DNA of 64,000 nt from the human T2T-CHM13v2.0 reference genome, Homo sapiens: NCBI RefSeq assembly GCF_009914755.1, contig NC_060938.1; one strand, given 5' to 3'. Positions 48,990 through 61,939 of this stretch are shown in pieces. The notes beneath the pieces are model-generated. The model ran no database searches and had not been told where the DNA came from. It saw only the letters and a list, made by a program, of their open reading frames with translations. Both the position numbers and the translations under genes were made by a program. The first letter of the stretch is position 1. Every line of letters starts with the position of its first letter.

Positions 48990-51840
48990 CTTATTGATGT
49001 GTGCTGTATCTTTTTCATCTATTTATTTTTAAACTATCTATGACTTTAAATTTAAAGTGTGTTTCCTTTAGGTAGCTTTATATATAAGGTCTTTCTATCC
49101 ACTATGTCAATCTCTGGTTTTGCACTGGCAAGTTTAGATAATTATAATTTAATGTATATTGATGAAATTGGATTTTAGTATACTATGTTATTATTGTGTT
49201 TCTGTTCCTCCCTTATTTTTTGTTGTTCTTTTTTTTTGCTGACACTTTTTGGATTATTTGAATATTTTTAACACTATTTTAATCTATGGACTTCTTTGGT
49301 TATATTTCCATATTTTTTGAGTGGTTGCTCTGGAGATTATAATACATATGACTAACTCTCCAGGGTCTTCTGTGATGTTGTACCTCTTTATGTAAAATGT
49401 AGAAATTTTTGTATAATATGTCTCTTTATTATACAATAATAATTGTCTCTTCAACAAACACTGAAGTTTGTTGTAGTCGTTCATGTATATCGAAGCTACC
49501 TATATTGGAAAGCTCACCATATAATGGTACAATTTTTGTTTTAAATAATTGTATGGACCGTATAAAACTCACTAGGAATAATAATATTTCGTGTTTAACA
49601 GCTATTTACTAACTCTGGTATCCTTCCTTTGTTTCTAAAGTAAGTTTTCCTCTGACACCAGGAGATGTGTTTGAACTGATGTCATTCCCTTCAAACTTAA
49701 AAAACTCCCTTTAACATTTTTTCTAGAGTAGGTTTGCTGGTAATGGTATTTTTTAGTCATTTGTTATCTGAAGATGTCTTTATTCTTAATTTGCCCTTTA
49801 TTTGTGGAAGATATTTTTACTGGGTCTGTAATTCTGTGCCAACCATTTTCCCCCCTCACTTTAAAGATACTGTTTCATTGTCTGCTGGTCTCCATGTTCT
49901 GGTTAGAAATCTATGGTCATTCAAGTAATTGTTCCCCAATGATATTAATATGTTGTTTTTCTCTAGCTGCTTCATATATATGCTATTTGTACACACACAT
50001 ACACGCAAGTAAAATCATATCATCTTTTGTTGTCCTCAGTATAATTATGATGTTTACATGTGGTTCCCTTTAATTTGTTCCTGTTTGGGGCTTAAATTCA
50101 TAAGTTTGTCTTTCTTTGAATTTGGTAAGTTTTTGGCCATTCTTCTTTCAAATATGTTTTCTGGCGCAATCTCTTTCTCTTCTCCTTCTAGGACTCCAAT
50201 TAGTTACAACTTAGACTTTAGGACACTTTCCCACTAGCTCTCCATAGCTCTATTTTGTTTTCTTTCAATTTTTTTCTTGATTTTAAGGTCTGCCTCTACT
50301 CACTAGATGCCTGTAGCATTACATACCCCATGTTGTGACACCCAAATTTCTATCTAGATTTGTCAAATGTCTCCTGAGGGGAGCAAAGTCAAAATTAGTT
50401 AGGTTAGATAACCTATACTGGTCTATTTTCAAGTTTGTTATTCTTTTCTCTATCACTTTCATTTTGCTATTGAGCCCTTACTGTGACATTTTGATTTTGG
50501 ATATTGTATTTCTCAGTTCTAAAATCTCCTTTTTTTTTTTTTTTTTTGAGACGGAGTCTTGCCCTGTCACCCAGGCTGGAGTGCAATGGCATGATCTCGG
50601 CTCAGTGCAACCTCCGCTTCCCGGGTTCAAGCCATTTTCCTGTCTCAGCCTCTTGAGTACCTGGGATTACAGTTGCGTGCCACCACCCCTGGGTTTTCTT
50701 TTTTTTTTTGGTATCTTTAGTACAGATGGGGTTTCAACGCGTTGGCCAGGCTGGTCTTGAACTCTTGGCCTCGTGATGCGCCTGCCTCGGCCTCCCAGAG
50801 TGCTGGGATTACCCATGAGCCACCATGCCTGGGCTAAATTTTCCCTTTTTTAACTTTGTGGTACATAATCAAAGAGCTACTTTAACGTCTTTTTCTATTA
50901 CTTCTAGCATTTTAGTCATCTTGACCTTTCATCTGTTGATCTTTTACTTAAATATTAGTCCACTTTTCTGATCCTTTGTATGTCCAATAATTTTGAAATG
51001 CATATTAAACATTTTAAATATTAAGGGTGTAGACTCTGTTTTCTTCTTCTCCTTCTCATCCTTATTCTTCTTTACAAAGCATTCCTCTGAAGAATTTTGA
51101 TGCTTTTGCTTTAGCAGGAAATCAACCTAGTTTGGTTCATACTGTAAATTTTCTCTTCCCTTTTGTGGAATTTGGTAGCTCAAAATCTCAGTTCAGTTCT
51201 CTAATCATTTGCAATGTTGGTTTGGATTTATCCAAGTCATGTGTAGCTTAGGGATTAGTGTGAAACCTGTTTGGGTGGCTCAAATATCAGGTCAGCCCTG
51301 AGCTCTCTGCTACATTGGTTTTTTTGTCCTGCATTGGTGCCACTCAGGAGGTAGTCTGAGACTGAAATAGTGGTTCAAATATCAGTTGAATAACCCAAGC
51401 TTTGTTGATCTGGTTTGAGTCAGTCCCAGGTACATGGAGCTTTGGGATTAGCCTGAGACTTGAGCTGTTTTCCATTTCTTCCTTGGGGTCTGTCTTTTCT
51501 AGCCTGGTCCACAGAGGCAGAAAGATTGTGTCTCTTTCTGCACAATCTTTTGGTCTCCTGCACAATCTTCCGCACCTCTTTTGGTCTCCTATACCATTGT
51601 TATTGCCACCCTACCATACACCAGGGGCCTTTCTAAGGGCAAAGACAAGAGAGAAAAACAGGAAAAAATATGAAATAAAAGGCTTGCACAAGTTGCTTCT
51701 CCAACGTTTGATTTTGTCTGCTTTGAGTAATTTCAGAGGCCACAGATAGTTATTTTTTTGTGTGTTTTGTTCAGTTTTCACTTGTAACCTGTAGGAGAGA
51801 TGGGCTGTAGGCGTCTTAAAGCTGTCTCCTATTTTACTAT
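48990..51840 (-). mobile_element. Old antisense L1M fragments with inserted Alu (~50530-50834, minus)
   Basis: T-rich L1 antisense character; clear Alu with poly-T. Confidence 0.7.
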
Positions 51841-52301
51841 GTTCCTGCATTAACTTATGGTCTACCATAATATGCATCAAGAATTGCTATTTGATATTTT
51901 CTTTTCCCACTTTTATTTTTTATTACTTCTTTCAGTCAATCTTATTCATTTTTTATATATGTACTTTTTTTTTTGTCATTAGGATTATAAGAATCATCTA
52001 ATTACGGTCTTGATTCTTTGGATCTTTTTTCTCCAAACTCACGAAAGTCTTTCTTTGATGCTAGAAAATGAGCCTGTGCACTTGTTTTTAATATGAGCTT
52101 AAAGAACTATTTTCCCCAAAATATAAAATCTTCTGGATTCTGAACAATATCTGAACCCAAGAGCATAATAAGGTGTGATACGACTATCCAAAGACTATGC
52201 TTTTCCAGTACCTAAAGCAGAGCTATTTTATTTTCAATTTTCTGCTCTCTCTGTGTTTTTCATTTCTGAATTTTCACTTATTTTAAATGGACCATGCATT
52301 T

Positions 52302-52305
<4 letters not shown>

Positions 52306-52333
<28 letters not shown>

Positions 52334-52625
52334 ATTTTTTTGAGATGAAGTCTTGCTCTGTCGCTCGGGCTGGAGTGTAGTGGTGCGATCTCGGCTCACT
52401 GTAACCTCTGCACCCCAGGTTCAAGCAATTCTCTTGCTTCAGTCTCCCTATACTAGCTGGGATTACAGACATGCACTACCACGCCCAGCTAATTTTTGTA
52501 TTTTTAGTAGAGATGGGATTTTGCCAAGTTGGTCAGGCTGGTCTGGAACTCCTGACCTTGGGTGATGCACCTGCCTCGGCCTCCTAAAGTGCTGGGATTA
52601 CAGGTGTGAGCCACTGCGTCCAGCC
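52306..52625 (-). mobile_element. Alu (S family) with (TTTA)n tail
   Basis: 16-bp TSD tggaccatgcattttg (52288-52303 / 52626-52641). Confidence 0.93.
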
Positions 52626-53892
52626 TGGACCATGCATTTTGGTATTTTGGGGTGTGTTTGGAGACTATTCAATCTCCCTGACAATCAATGTATTTCTTCA
52701 AATGCTGTCAACATCCTCCGATGAGAGCATTCTATTTCTGATCCTATTCCTCTTCAACTATGAGATGTTGCCTCTAAATCAATAGAGAATTGAGAAATTC
52801 CTTTGCATTCTTTTAGTGCAGAGCAAAAGGCAGTATTCCAAGGCATCATACAATCCTGTCTTTTTCACTTTGAACACACTGGGATTTGCAAACACCCAGC
52901 AACTTTGAGAGACATTAAAATCATCACCAGCCTGAAAGTCAGCAGAAATTGCTCCTCATAGTTTATTTTGACTATGTTTTTCCTGCCCTGACTTTAAACT
53001 TCACTGTGATCCCATCTACTTTTGTCTTATGGAAACATGGATAAATCTATTCTTTCCAGATGATCTTTGTTTTTACTCTTTTGGATTTTGGTTTGTTCTC
53101 ATTTATATTTCTATTTTTTTAGTTAGGAAGAAATTTGGTAGATATGGGATGTGAGTATATAGCATTAGGAATCTAAAGTCCACACTCAAAGTCTATGTAT
53201 TTACAAAATGTCAGCCATACTCTTTCTACACAAAAAACAATCTGTACAGGCAGTAACAAATGAATCAAGAACCCAAGGAGAGAACTGGCCACATGCTCCT
53301 GGAATCAAAGAAAATAAGTATTCTGACTCTGTAAAAGATTCTCATTGGCCACAGAGAACCTGTCGAATTTCTCCTTTCTCTTGTTTTCAGAGATTGCTTG
53401 TTTGGTGTTGGTGTATTTCCTTCAGCCCTAGAGGTTTCTGTAGTTGCGTTTACCTTAGCTCTAGGGGCAAAGCCTTTCCATCCTGTGTTACACCTTGTCA
53501 TTAGTCATATAGAGGCACTACTCCCATTTTAAGGGTCCCGTCTTTTACTCTATGGCCGCACAAGCATCTTCCAAGGGAAATATCTCTATCATCCTCCACC
53601 ACCAACAAGGCAACTCTGAACCATCAAAAACTCATCCCGAAGCAGCTAGTCTGCGTCCAACGATTCTCAGAAACACAGCTTAATTCTGATATATTTTTAA
53701 AACCTGATTTCTCAATGAGGTAACGTATTACTCTATTTTTACATGACATCTTATTGCTAATGGACTATAGGCCTAAAACACCGTCATAGACTTGGGCAGG
53801 AAGAAACACATGGTGTGGATGTTTTGATACATCTCAGAAATTAGGAGAAACACACTAATGAGCTCTCTCTGCTAAACTGGTTCTGCACTTGG

Positions 53893-53907
53893 CCTCCAGA
53901 GGGCGAT
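53893..53907 (+). promoter_or_regulatory. CTCF motif upstream of TRAV8-3
   Basis: CCTCCAGAGGGCGAT, paralogous position to the TRAV8-2 site. Confidence 0.7.
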
Positions 53908-54190
53908 GCTGCACACACTGGAGCTTTTGTTTCTGTTGAAGATCAATCCACTGCTCAGTTTCTTCTTCCTGCAGCTGGTTGAGTTCTTTCCAGACAAAGA
54001 CAAGTGACAAGAATTAGAGGTTTAAAAAGCAACCAGATTCATCTCAGCAGCTTTTGTAGTTTTAAATAAGCAAGGAGTTTCTCCAGCGAAACTTCCTCAC
54101 ACCTCTTGGTCTTGGTCTCTTCAGACACTTTCCTTCCTGTTCTCTGGAGATCTTGCAGAAAAGAGCCTGCAGTGTTTCCCTTGTTCAGCC

Positions 54191-54639
54191 ATGCTCCTGG
54201 AGCTTATCCCACTGCTGGGGATACATTTTGTCCTGAGTGAGTAAAATTTCTTTATGGTCTCTAGTTCCACAGGTTCTGACTAGAAATGCTTGCTTTTTAT
54301 ACTGAGTCTGCACTGCTTTCACTGATAGTACATTGTTTTTCCAGGAACTGCCAGAGCCCAGTCAGTGACCCAGCCTGACATCCACATCACTGTCTCTGAA
54401 GGAGCCTCACTGGAGTTGAGATGTAACTATTCCTATGGGGCAACACCTTATCTCTTCTGGTATGTCCAGTCCCCCGGCCAAGGCCTCCAGCTGCTCCTGA
54501 AGTACTTTTCAGGAGACACTCTGGTTCAAGGCATTAAAGGCTTTGAGGCTGAATTTAAGAGGAGTCAATCTTCCTTCAATCTGAGGAAACCCTCTGTGCA
54601 TTGGAGTGATGCTGCTGAGTACTTCTGTGCTGTGGGTGC
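54191..54639 (+). CDS. TRAV8-3: T-cell receptor alpha variable 8-3; leader 54191-54236, V exon 54345-54639
   Basis: Leader [21 protein letters not shown] donor, ttccAG acceptor. V domain [36 protein letters not shown]...AAEYFCAVG. Confidence 0.96.
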
Positions 54640-54678
54640 CACAGTGCCTGGGTCTGCAGGGGGAGCTGAACACAAACT
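54640..54678 (+). other. 23-RSS of TRAV8-3
   Basis: CACAGTG + 23 nt + ACACAAACT. Confidence 0.93.
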
Positions 54679-55666
54679 GCCTATGCTAGAGAAGTTTTCA
54701 GAGTTTCAGTATATCTCCCTGTGGTGTTTTCAAAGATCTCCTTTTTTATGATGGCGAATGAGGCAAAGAGGGCTAAGCCGACCCAGGCATTTCTATGTAA
54801 TTCTGCAGTTCCTGTTATGCTCCATGTCCTGATAAATTTTGTTTCAGAAGCTTTTTGCTCATTGTAGAAACTATATAATAGGAAATAGTATTCTTGAATG
54901 ATGGAAGAGATAGTATTCTTATAACAATCAAGTCCTCCATGACTTACCTTGATGTTGTCTGCATTAGGGGGTTGACCATGTGAGCTGTGACATGGCCTCA
55001 GAGAAAATTGGTTTTCATTTATAATTTCATCTGTCATCTAATCTGGAAAATAGAAGATGATTTTCTCATGTTTTTACCTTGCAAATTTGTTTTCAAGTTG
55101 GTCATTCATAGGTTATTTTTTTTAGAGTTTCTTTTTTTGCCTCTAACTGTGGTATTTATGTGTCTAAATATTTTGTCTGAGTTTAAATAACTCTATTTAG
55201 GAAGAACTGTGAGAAGTTATTAGTCAACAATAAAAGAGTCATTAGAATCATGAAGGACTTAGAAAAATGTCAGGTGATGTTAGTTCCGACAACTATTTAA
55301 GAATAGTGCAGAAGAAAAATGAAGATTAAAAATTCATCAGTGTTTCTCCAAATACTTTTTCACCGTGAGAAAAGTAGTTTCCTATTCTTTTAGTCTCAGA
55401 AATGCTGCAAATCTGTATCAGAAATTTGTGGCTATAATCCCTTTCATTTTTCTTCTAGCTACTGGCATTTCTATTCATTGCTTTCGCCCTGTTGTTATAT
55501 GATTTCAGCTATTGGAATATTAAAGATGGATTCTTATAACATTTTGATAATCAATCATGTGATAAGTTTAGCAATGCCAAACTGTGCTGGAAACACTGAT
55601 AAGAATTACAATGCATGGTAGAGAGTCACTGGACCCAGTATAAATTTATGACTTTCTTTTGTCTAG

Positions 55667-55806
55667 GATGGAAAGAACTGTTGAAGAAGCTTTTATACTT
55701 CTTGTTTGCTTGAAGCCTTGGAGGGTAGCAAGTAGTCTGGAGAAAAAGGAGAAGGAGGATGAATCTTTCCAGCTGCTACTTGGCTCACGCTATAATGTAT
55801 TAGAGG
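55667..55806 (+). other. Putative cryptic coding exon downstream of TRAV8-3 (alternative donor ending 55810)
   Basis: Acceptor actttcttttgtctAG, open frame MERTVEEAF...RYNVLE, tandem donors GTAGGT (55807) and GTACGT (55811). Confidence 0.6.
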
Positions 55807-56067
55807 GTAGGTACGTAGGAACCCTCAAATATAGAGAGAATAAGAAAATTGTGGCCAATGGTACACGTTAGCCAAATGGTGAACCAGCAGATCAGCAGTA
55901 GTTTTTAGGACCTAGTGAGATGATTATATGGGATAGATGTATTTCAATGATTGCTGGATGGGTATAAGGAAGGTAAATGGAACATTATAGATGTAAAATT
56001 ATGAATAAGATATGTACTCGTGTAATGTCCCCTGCCTCAGTCCCTCCATTCTTTTCTATTTCTAAAG

Positions 56068-56153
56068 CACACTGTCTTCTACCTTTGATAAGATGGCTAA
56101 CTTCAGGTGACTCACTGTTATCAGCTCAGCCACATTGCCCACAGGGACTGTGA
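56068..56153 (+). other. Putative terminal cryptic exon (coding part)
   Basis: Acceptor cattcttttctatttctaaAG; phase-1 frame AHCLLPLIRWLTSGDSLLSAQPHCPQGL*. Confidence 0.5.
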
Positions 56154-56199
56154 TGGGCACTTTATGCGAATCTTAAAGGAGGTAGGAACATAGAATTGT

Positions 56200-57026
56200 T
56201 TTGTTGTTGTATGTGTTTCAAATGTATGTAGAAAGTTGTATATAGAAGTCGAATAGTCCAAGGGGTGGATTGATTTATTGACTCTCAGCTCCAAATTCAC
56301 CCCTTGCCTCTTCCGTGAATGTGGATCTGTACCCTTCAACTATGTTCCTTGCCAGTTGGCATAACGTTATGCTTTGCCAGTAGAGGATCAGGGAGAAAAG
56401 ATTTTGATTTTTGCTTTCTGTGTGCACATGCCACAGGTTCCTGCAGCATGAGAGGCTTCTCCAGCGTCCGGCTCCTGCAGTGCACCCACACCAGGTTCCT
56501 GTGCTGTACAGTGGCCAGCAGTGTCCTCCAGCACTTCCATTTTTGCGTGGTACTGCAGAACAGAGCCTGCAGTGAGACACCTTCCTGTATCCAGCTTTCC
56601 CCATATTCATCCCTAGATTCATGAATCGGCACCCTAGATTATGGTTTTCTGGTAAGTATGAGAGGGTGAATTTCTCTGTAGAAAATTCACAGCACAACAG
56701 TGACTTCTGTGTCATCTAGTGAGACACAGTTGTGCCTTTCCCAATAAGATCTGGGTCTCACCCCTGGGGGGTGGGGCTAGGGGTCCCTTCTTGGGGTGTT
56801 GTACCCAGCCCTAGGAGTAGGGACTGCACCTTATATCTGCTATTCCTACAGGAATAGGAATAGCAGAGTTTTCTTTTCTTTGTATTACCTATTTCCTTGT
56901 TACTCTAAATCCTGTTATAATTAATAATTTTTTATATTAATATTAAATTTTCCTATAATTATAAAAAGCATTTTCTGTTCAAATTATTATATGGTCTATC
57001 TTTCCTGATTGGACCAGATTTATACA
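56200..57026 (+). mobile_element. Old ERVL-class LTR remnant (MER21/MER77-like end)
   Basis: 3' end gttcaaattattatatggtctatctttcctgattggaccagatttataca resembles MER21-group LTR ends; left boundary uncertain. Confidence 0.45.
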
Positions 57027-57818
57027 TGCACCAAGGATCTCAAGCCACTGAAGAGCATCTCCCCACCCAGTCACCTGACAAATCTAGTTGCTTGCTTGTT
57101 TTATTTATTGCTCATTTGTTTTATTTATTTATGGTTTATTATTTTACTTATTTATTGTTTTACTTATATGATTACAAGAAACTTTATGCAATAAAGAATT
57201 ACATTAAGAAGAATTTGGAAATATGTTTTTATATTAATGAAATTAATTTTGATTTTTCACATTTTGTGCATGTTTGACACAAAATTTTATTATACCATTG
57301 AGGCAAATTATAATTCCTTTTAAATGTATTTTAGCTTACAACACAAATTGTCTTTCATTCACTAATGAGACTGTGTCTGAAGATTTTAAATTCCAAGTCA
57401 TTTTTCATTCATCTAACTCTGTTAATTATCCTTATTTTTGATTTCTTTAAAATGGAGGGAAAAGACCATGATAACTTTAAAACAATCTGAAGACAGAATA
57501 CTTCTAACACCCAGAAAGTTTTTGTGTGTGCCTTTCCAGTCAACCCACCTTCTGGAGGCAACAGATGTTCATATTTCTAGTATTACAGAGACTTTAACCG
57601 TTTTAAAACTTCGAATCAATGGGATTATTCAGTAGGAACTCTCTTCTGCCTGGTTTCTTTCACTCGTCATGTTCTGGAGGTTAATCCGTGTTCATTACCG
57701 TAATTGTTGAGAAGTTTCCTATTATATGAATAAAGCACAATTTATTTATTCATTTGGCTGTGCACACCATTGGCTGATTACAGAATCTTTTAGGGATTAA
57801 AGCTTTGGTAGCATTCTT

Positions 57819-58216
57819 TTTTTTTTAATTAGATTCAGGGGTTACATGAGCAAGTTTGTTACATGGGTTCACTGCGTGATGTTGAGGTTTGGGCTTCTAA
57901 TGATCTTGTAGTGAACGTAGTAACCTATAGATAGTTTTGCAACACTTTACCCTCCCCCCATCTCCTCCCTTTTGGAATCCCCAGTGCTTATTGTTCTCAT
58001 CTTTGTGTCCTTGTGTACTCAATGTTTAACTCCCACTTATAAGTGAGAACATTGTGTATTTGGTTTTCTGTTTCTGTGTTAATTCCCTTAGGATAATGGC
58101 CTCCAGCTTCATCCATGTTGCTGCAAAGGACATGATCTCATGCTTTTTATGGCTGTGTAGTATTTTGTGGTGTACATTTACCACATTTTCTTCATCCAGT
58201 CCACCACTGGTTGGAA
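57819..58216 (-). mobile_element. Short antisense L1 3' end (L1PA/PB)
   Basis: 15-bp TSD tttggtagcattctt (57804-57818 / 58217-58231). Confidence 0.88.
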
Positions 58217-59156
58217 TTTGGTAGCATTCTTGGTGCAAGGTATAGGCTGTCCTAGATTTTTATATGCCGTTCAGGCAATGGTAGGGTGTGTCTCTGAAGT
58301 TCTATAGTTGAAATCCATATCTTAAATACTTTTATTTAAAAACCAATTCCTAAATTTCATTATGCTATTTAACATGTCACTAATTTTTCTAATAAAAACC
58401 CAATATCTGATATTTCCTGTGCTACTTATAAAAGCTTCAGGTATCATTCAAGCTGTGGGTAGCTGAACTGTAGTTTCCTCTGTTGTGGCCTTACGTGTTG
58501 ATAACAACAGTAGCTGACCGCCTTGGAGTTTGCTTTCTTGACTAAGTGAATTGACTCTCCTTAGAGTTGAGACTTAAGTTAACCAGCTCATGCTTGATAT
58601 TCTGTGGTTTCTGTTGAAAAGATTTAATGTAAATTATATAACCTAGCACTTTAGTATATTTATTCTTACTTGGTAACATATATATATATATATATATAAA
58701 ATGAACAATATTTTGATAAGTGTTCCTGCAAATCCTGAAGATCTATAAGTCATGTAATTATAATCCTTGCTCAACAGTCATTCCAGAGAACTCATTTAAT
58801 ATTTAGAGGCATTTTGCTATATACAGTACATATGAAAATATTTTAAAGCTTGTTAGGTAACTTATAAAGGAAATTTCGCTGTTATTTAATATCACATATG
58901 CAGCACATCCAATACAAATTTCCAATCGTTTAAGCACAATAATAAAGTTGTCAAGATAATTAGAGGTCTGTACAGAATTCTCATGGGGATATCTAAGACA
59001 AGGGAGCACTTTTATTCAGGAAACAAGTGCACCAAAACATGAGTGTAAAAGGTAGAATGTTAAGATGCTGAAGATACTTTATATGTATATTTATGACTTC
59101 AAGTTGCTCTGTGTGATATATTTCATATAACTGGATATTAAAAATTTACCTTCACA

Positions 59157-59532
59157 TTAATTTTCTAGAGCTGCCATGACAAATACCACAGACGGGGTGG
59201 CATAAGCAACAGAATCTGTTTTTCTCTCAATTCTGGAGATAGAAATCCAAGATTAAGGCATTGGCAGGGCAGGTTGTTATTGAGGCTTGCAGATGGTTGC
59301 CTTCTCACCGTGCCTTCAGGTGGTCTCTCCTCTCATGGTGCACATGTCTGTATCTGGATTTCCTTTCTTACAAGAACACCAATTATGTTGAGTTAGAGCC
59401 CAGCTATATAACCTCATTTTACCTTAATGACCTCTTTAAAGATCCTGTTTTCAAATACAGTTTCATTCTGATGTACTGGGGATAAGGGCTTCAACATGTA
59501 AATTTTGGATGAGACACGGTTTATTCTGTGGC
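59157..59532 (-). mobile_element. MLT1-type MaLR LTR
   Basis: gctgccatgacaaataccacagac...agggcttcaacatgtaaatttt, typical of MLT1. Confidence 0.7.
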
Positions 59533-61924
59533 AACCCTCCAGGGAAATAAATATCAAATTAATGAAGAAGACAATTAAAGCCTCTCTTGACACAACACTT
59601 TGCTAATTGCTGGCGCACACAATGATCATATATAATTTTGATGATGAATTTTCCCTGCTTTCTTTTGTGATTCTAGAGCAATTAGAAATGTGCAATAACA
59701 GATGCAGATACTTCCTAAATATTTCAAATTGTAAAGGAAGTAGAGAGTACAATGATAAAAATGTAAAAGCTATTATTTAGACTTGCCTTCTTTCTCTCTG
59801 CTACATTAGGATATGGAATTTTCTCATGTTAGGTTTGTCCTTTTCTGCAGCTAAATCTTAATTTCTTTTTGGTTTTCCATCTCAGATAGTTTTCCTTTCT
59901 TTCTCTACTCTTTTCTGTATGAATGTTGAGTTTTTTACCTTGTCTTTTTTTTCCTCTCTCTTGTCTCTGATCTCAACTTTGCCAGAGCTATTTTAGCAGA
60001 CTAACTTGCTATTCTTATCTTGCACTACTCTTTTACTACCTAATCAGCAGAAGTGACATTTAAAAGAAGCGAAAAGGATTGAAATTCTTTTGGAAGTTGT
60101 TTATGGCAGGTGCAGTGGGTTAAGTAGATGAGGGAGGGGTGCTATAGTCCTTGAATACAGAGGCAGCAGGAAGAATCCCATCCTATATGCTCAGCTTTCT
60201 TGGGGCTTGTTGTCTGTTTTTTCAAGCAGTATGTGGCAAGATTTTTAATTTTGATTGAATCATAGTCTTTTTAAAAATATGTTTCGATTACTGATACATT
60301 TGGATTCATTTTAACATTTTGGCTCTGCTCAGCATGCTCTTGATTTGTTCTTTCGTGTTTTAGTCTGTCTTCTGTTGCAGTGATAGTTTTCTTTTTTCTT
60401 TCTATTGTTTTAGAAAGTGTAAATTGTATTTTTTGTTCCTAAAAGTATCCTTATATTATATATGTATACATATATATAATTTTTAAATACCCAAAGTTGT
60501 TATTATTTTTTCCTGAAGTTATTCCGTAACATTTTTTCCTTGTATGTCCCCCTCTTTCTCCTTGGGTATATTTTTTTCTCCTTTTGACTTACTGTCTTTA
60601 GAATTACTTCTGTAGCTAATTGGAAGAAACTATACACATACTATATATATGAAGACAGTAATTTTAGAGTTTATCAAATTAGCCAATAAACTAGAGCTCC
60701 AATGCACACTAACAAAAGTAATAAAAAAGAAAACCATTCAACACAATAATGGGAACATGAATTCATTCCCTTCTTCCTCAGAGCCTTTGCCCGATCTTCC
60801 CTCTGCCCGGAGTGCTTTTCACTACTAGCCACACTGATGGTTCTTTCACTAGTTCCTAGTCTCTGCTCCTGAAGAAACATGAGCACATGTGAATAAAAAG
60901 AGGAATTCTTTAAAAGCTTTATTGCCATTTTACATTTTATGGTTAAAAAACAACATTTTAAGTGTTGATCAATAGGAGAAAGGCTGTATAAACTGAAGTA
61001 TATCCCTAATATGATGCAGTATAGCAGAAGGCCCCATATGAATTAATACAATAAGACCTAAAGATTTATTATTGAGTTTATAAAGTGAGTTACAAAAAGG
61101 TATGCACAAGATGTATCATTTTTATTACGTTTTAAACCTATAAATGAAATGCCGTATATTTCAGCTGTTTCATATATTTTGTATATGGATGTAGATAGAG
61201 CATCAACTCCAAATTGATTAGATGAAACAATAAAGGTAATAAGGGATGAACGGACTAGAACTGGGAGTAGTGGTCGAAGGAGATTTTAGTCTATCTGGAA
61301 TGCTGTATTACTTTAAATTATTTCATATATTTGTGAATTCTTTCTAGTATTAAACCAAAAAAAGTCATAAAAGCCATCACAAAGGTTTATCTACATTTTT
61401 TCCTTGTCTACTCATAGAAAAAGGGAGAGAGGAGAAAACGATCACCTTCTTCATTAGCTTTTGTTCAGCCTTCCTACGTATTTTTTTTCTGCCTCTGGGA
61501 TCATACAGCTTCTAGTTTACACTCCTCTTAGGTTCCTACTATGTGATTTATATTATAGATATGTATTTTTGTCCACTCCAGTAGACCATAAAACTAATAT
61601 TACATCTGCTTTTAAGTATTCTTAAAACCTAATAAATTATTCACTTAGAGTAAAACTTTAATACATGTTTTTGGACTTACTTTGAACTAAATTAAAGGAA
61701 TTAAGTGAAGAGTACAAAAAGGGAATTGCCAAATTAAGATACTGATTTCCACGAAATGACATTTTAAAGTGGTAATTGGTTCATTCTTAATCCCCATCCA
61801 ATCTAGGCAGTTGTATTGTTTTCTGACCACCTCCATTTCCTTCATAGGAAACAGTAAATGGGGCTGTGTGTGTGACTACTGAGGAATTAGTTGGTCCGTA
61901 GTGGTTTTTGTTGATGGGTTCAGT

Positions 61925-61939
61925 CCACTAGGGGGCACT
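61925..61939 (+). promoter_or_regulatory. Strong CTCF motif ~1.2 kb upstream of the TRAV relic
   Basis: CCACTAGGGGGCACT, full consensus match. Confidence 0.75.
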
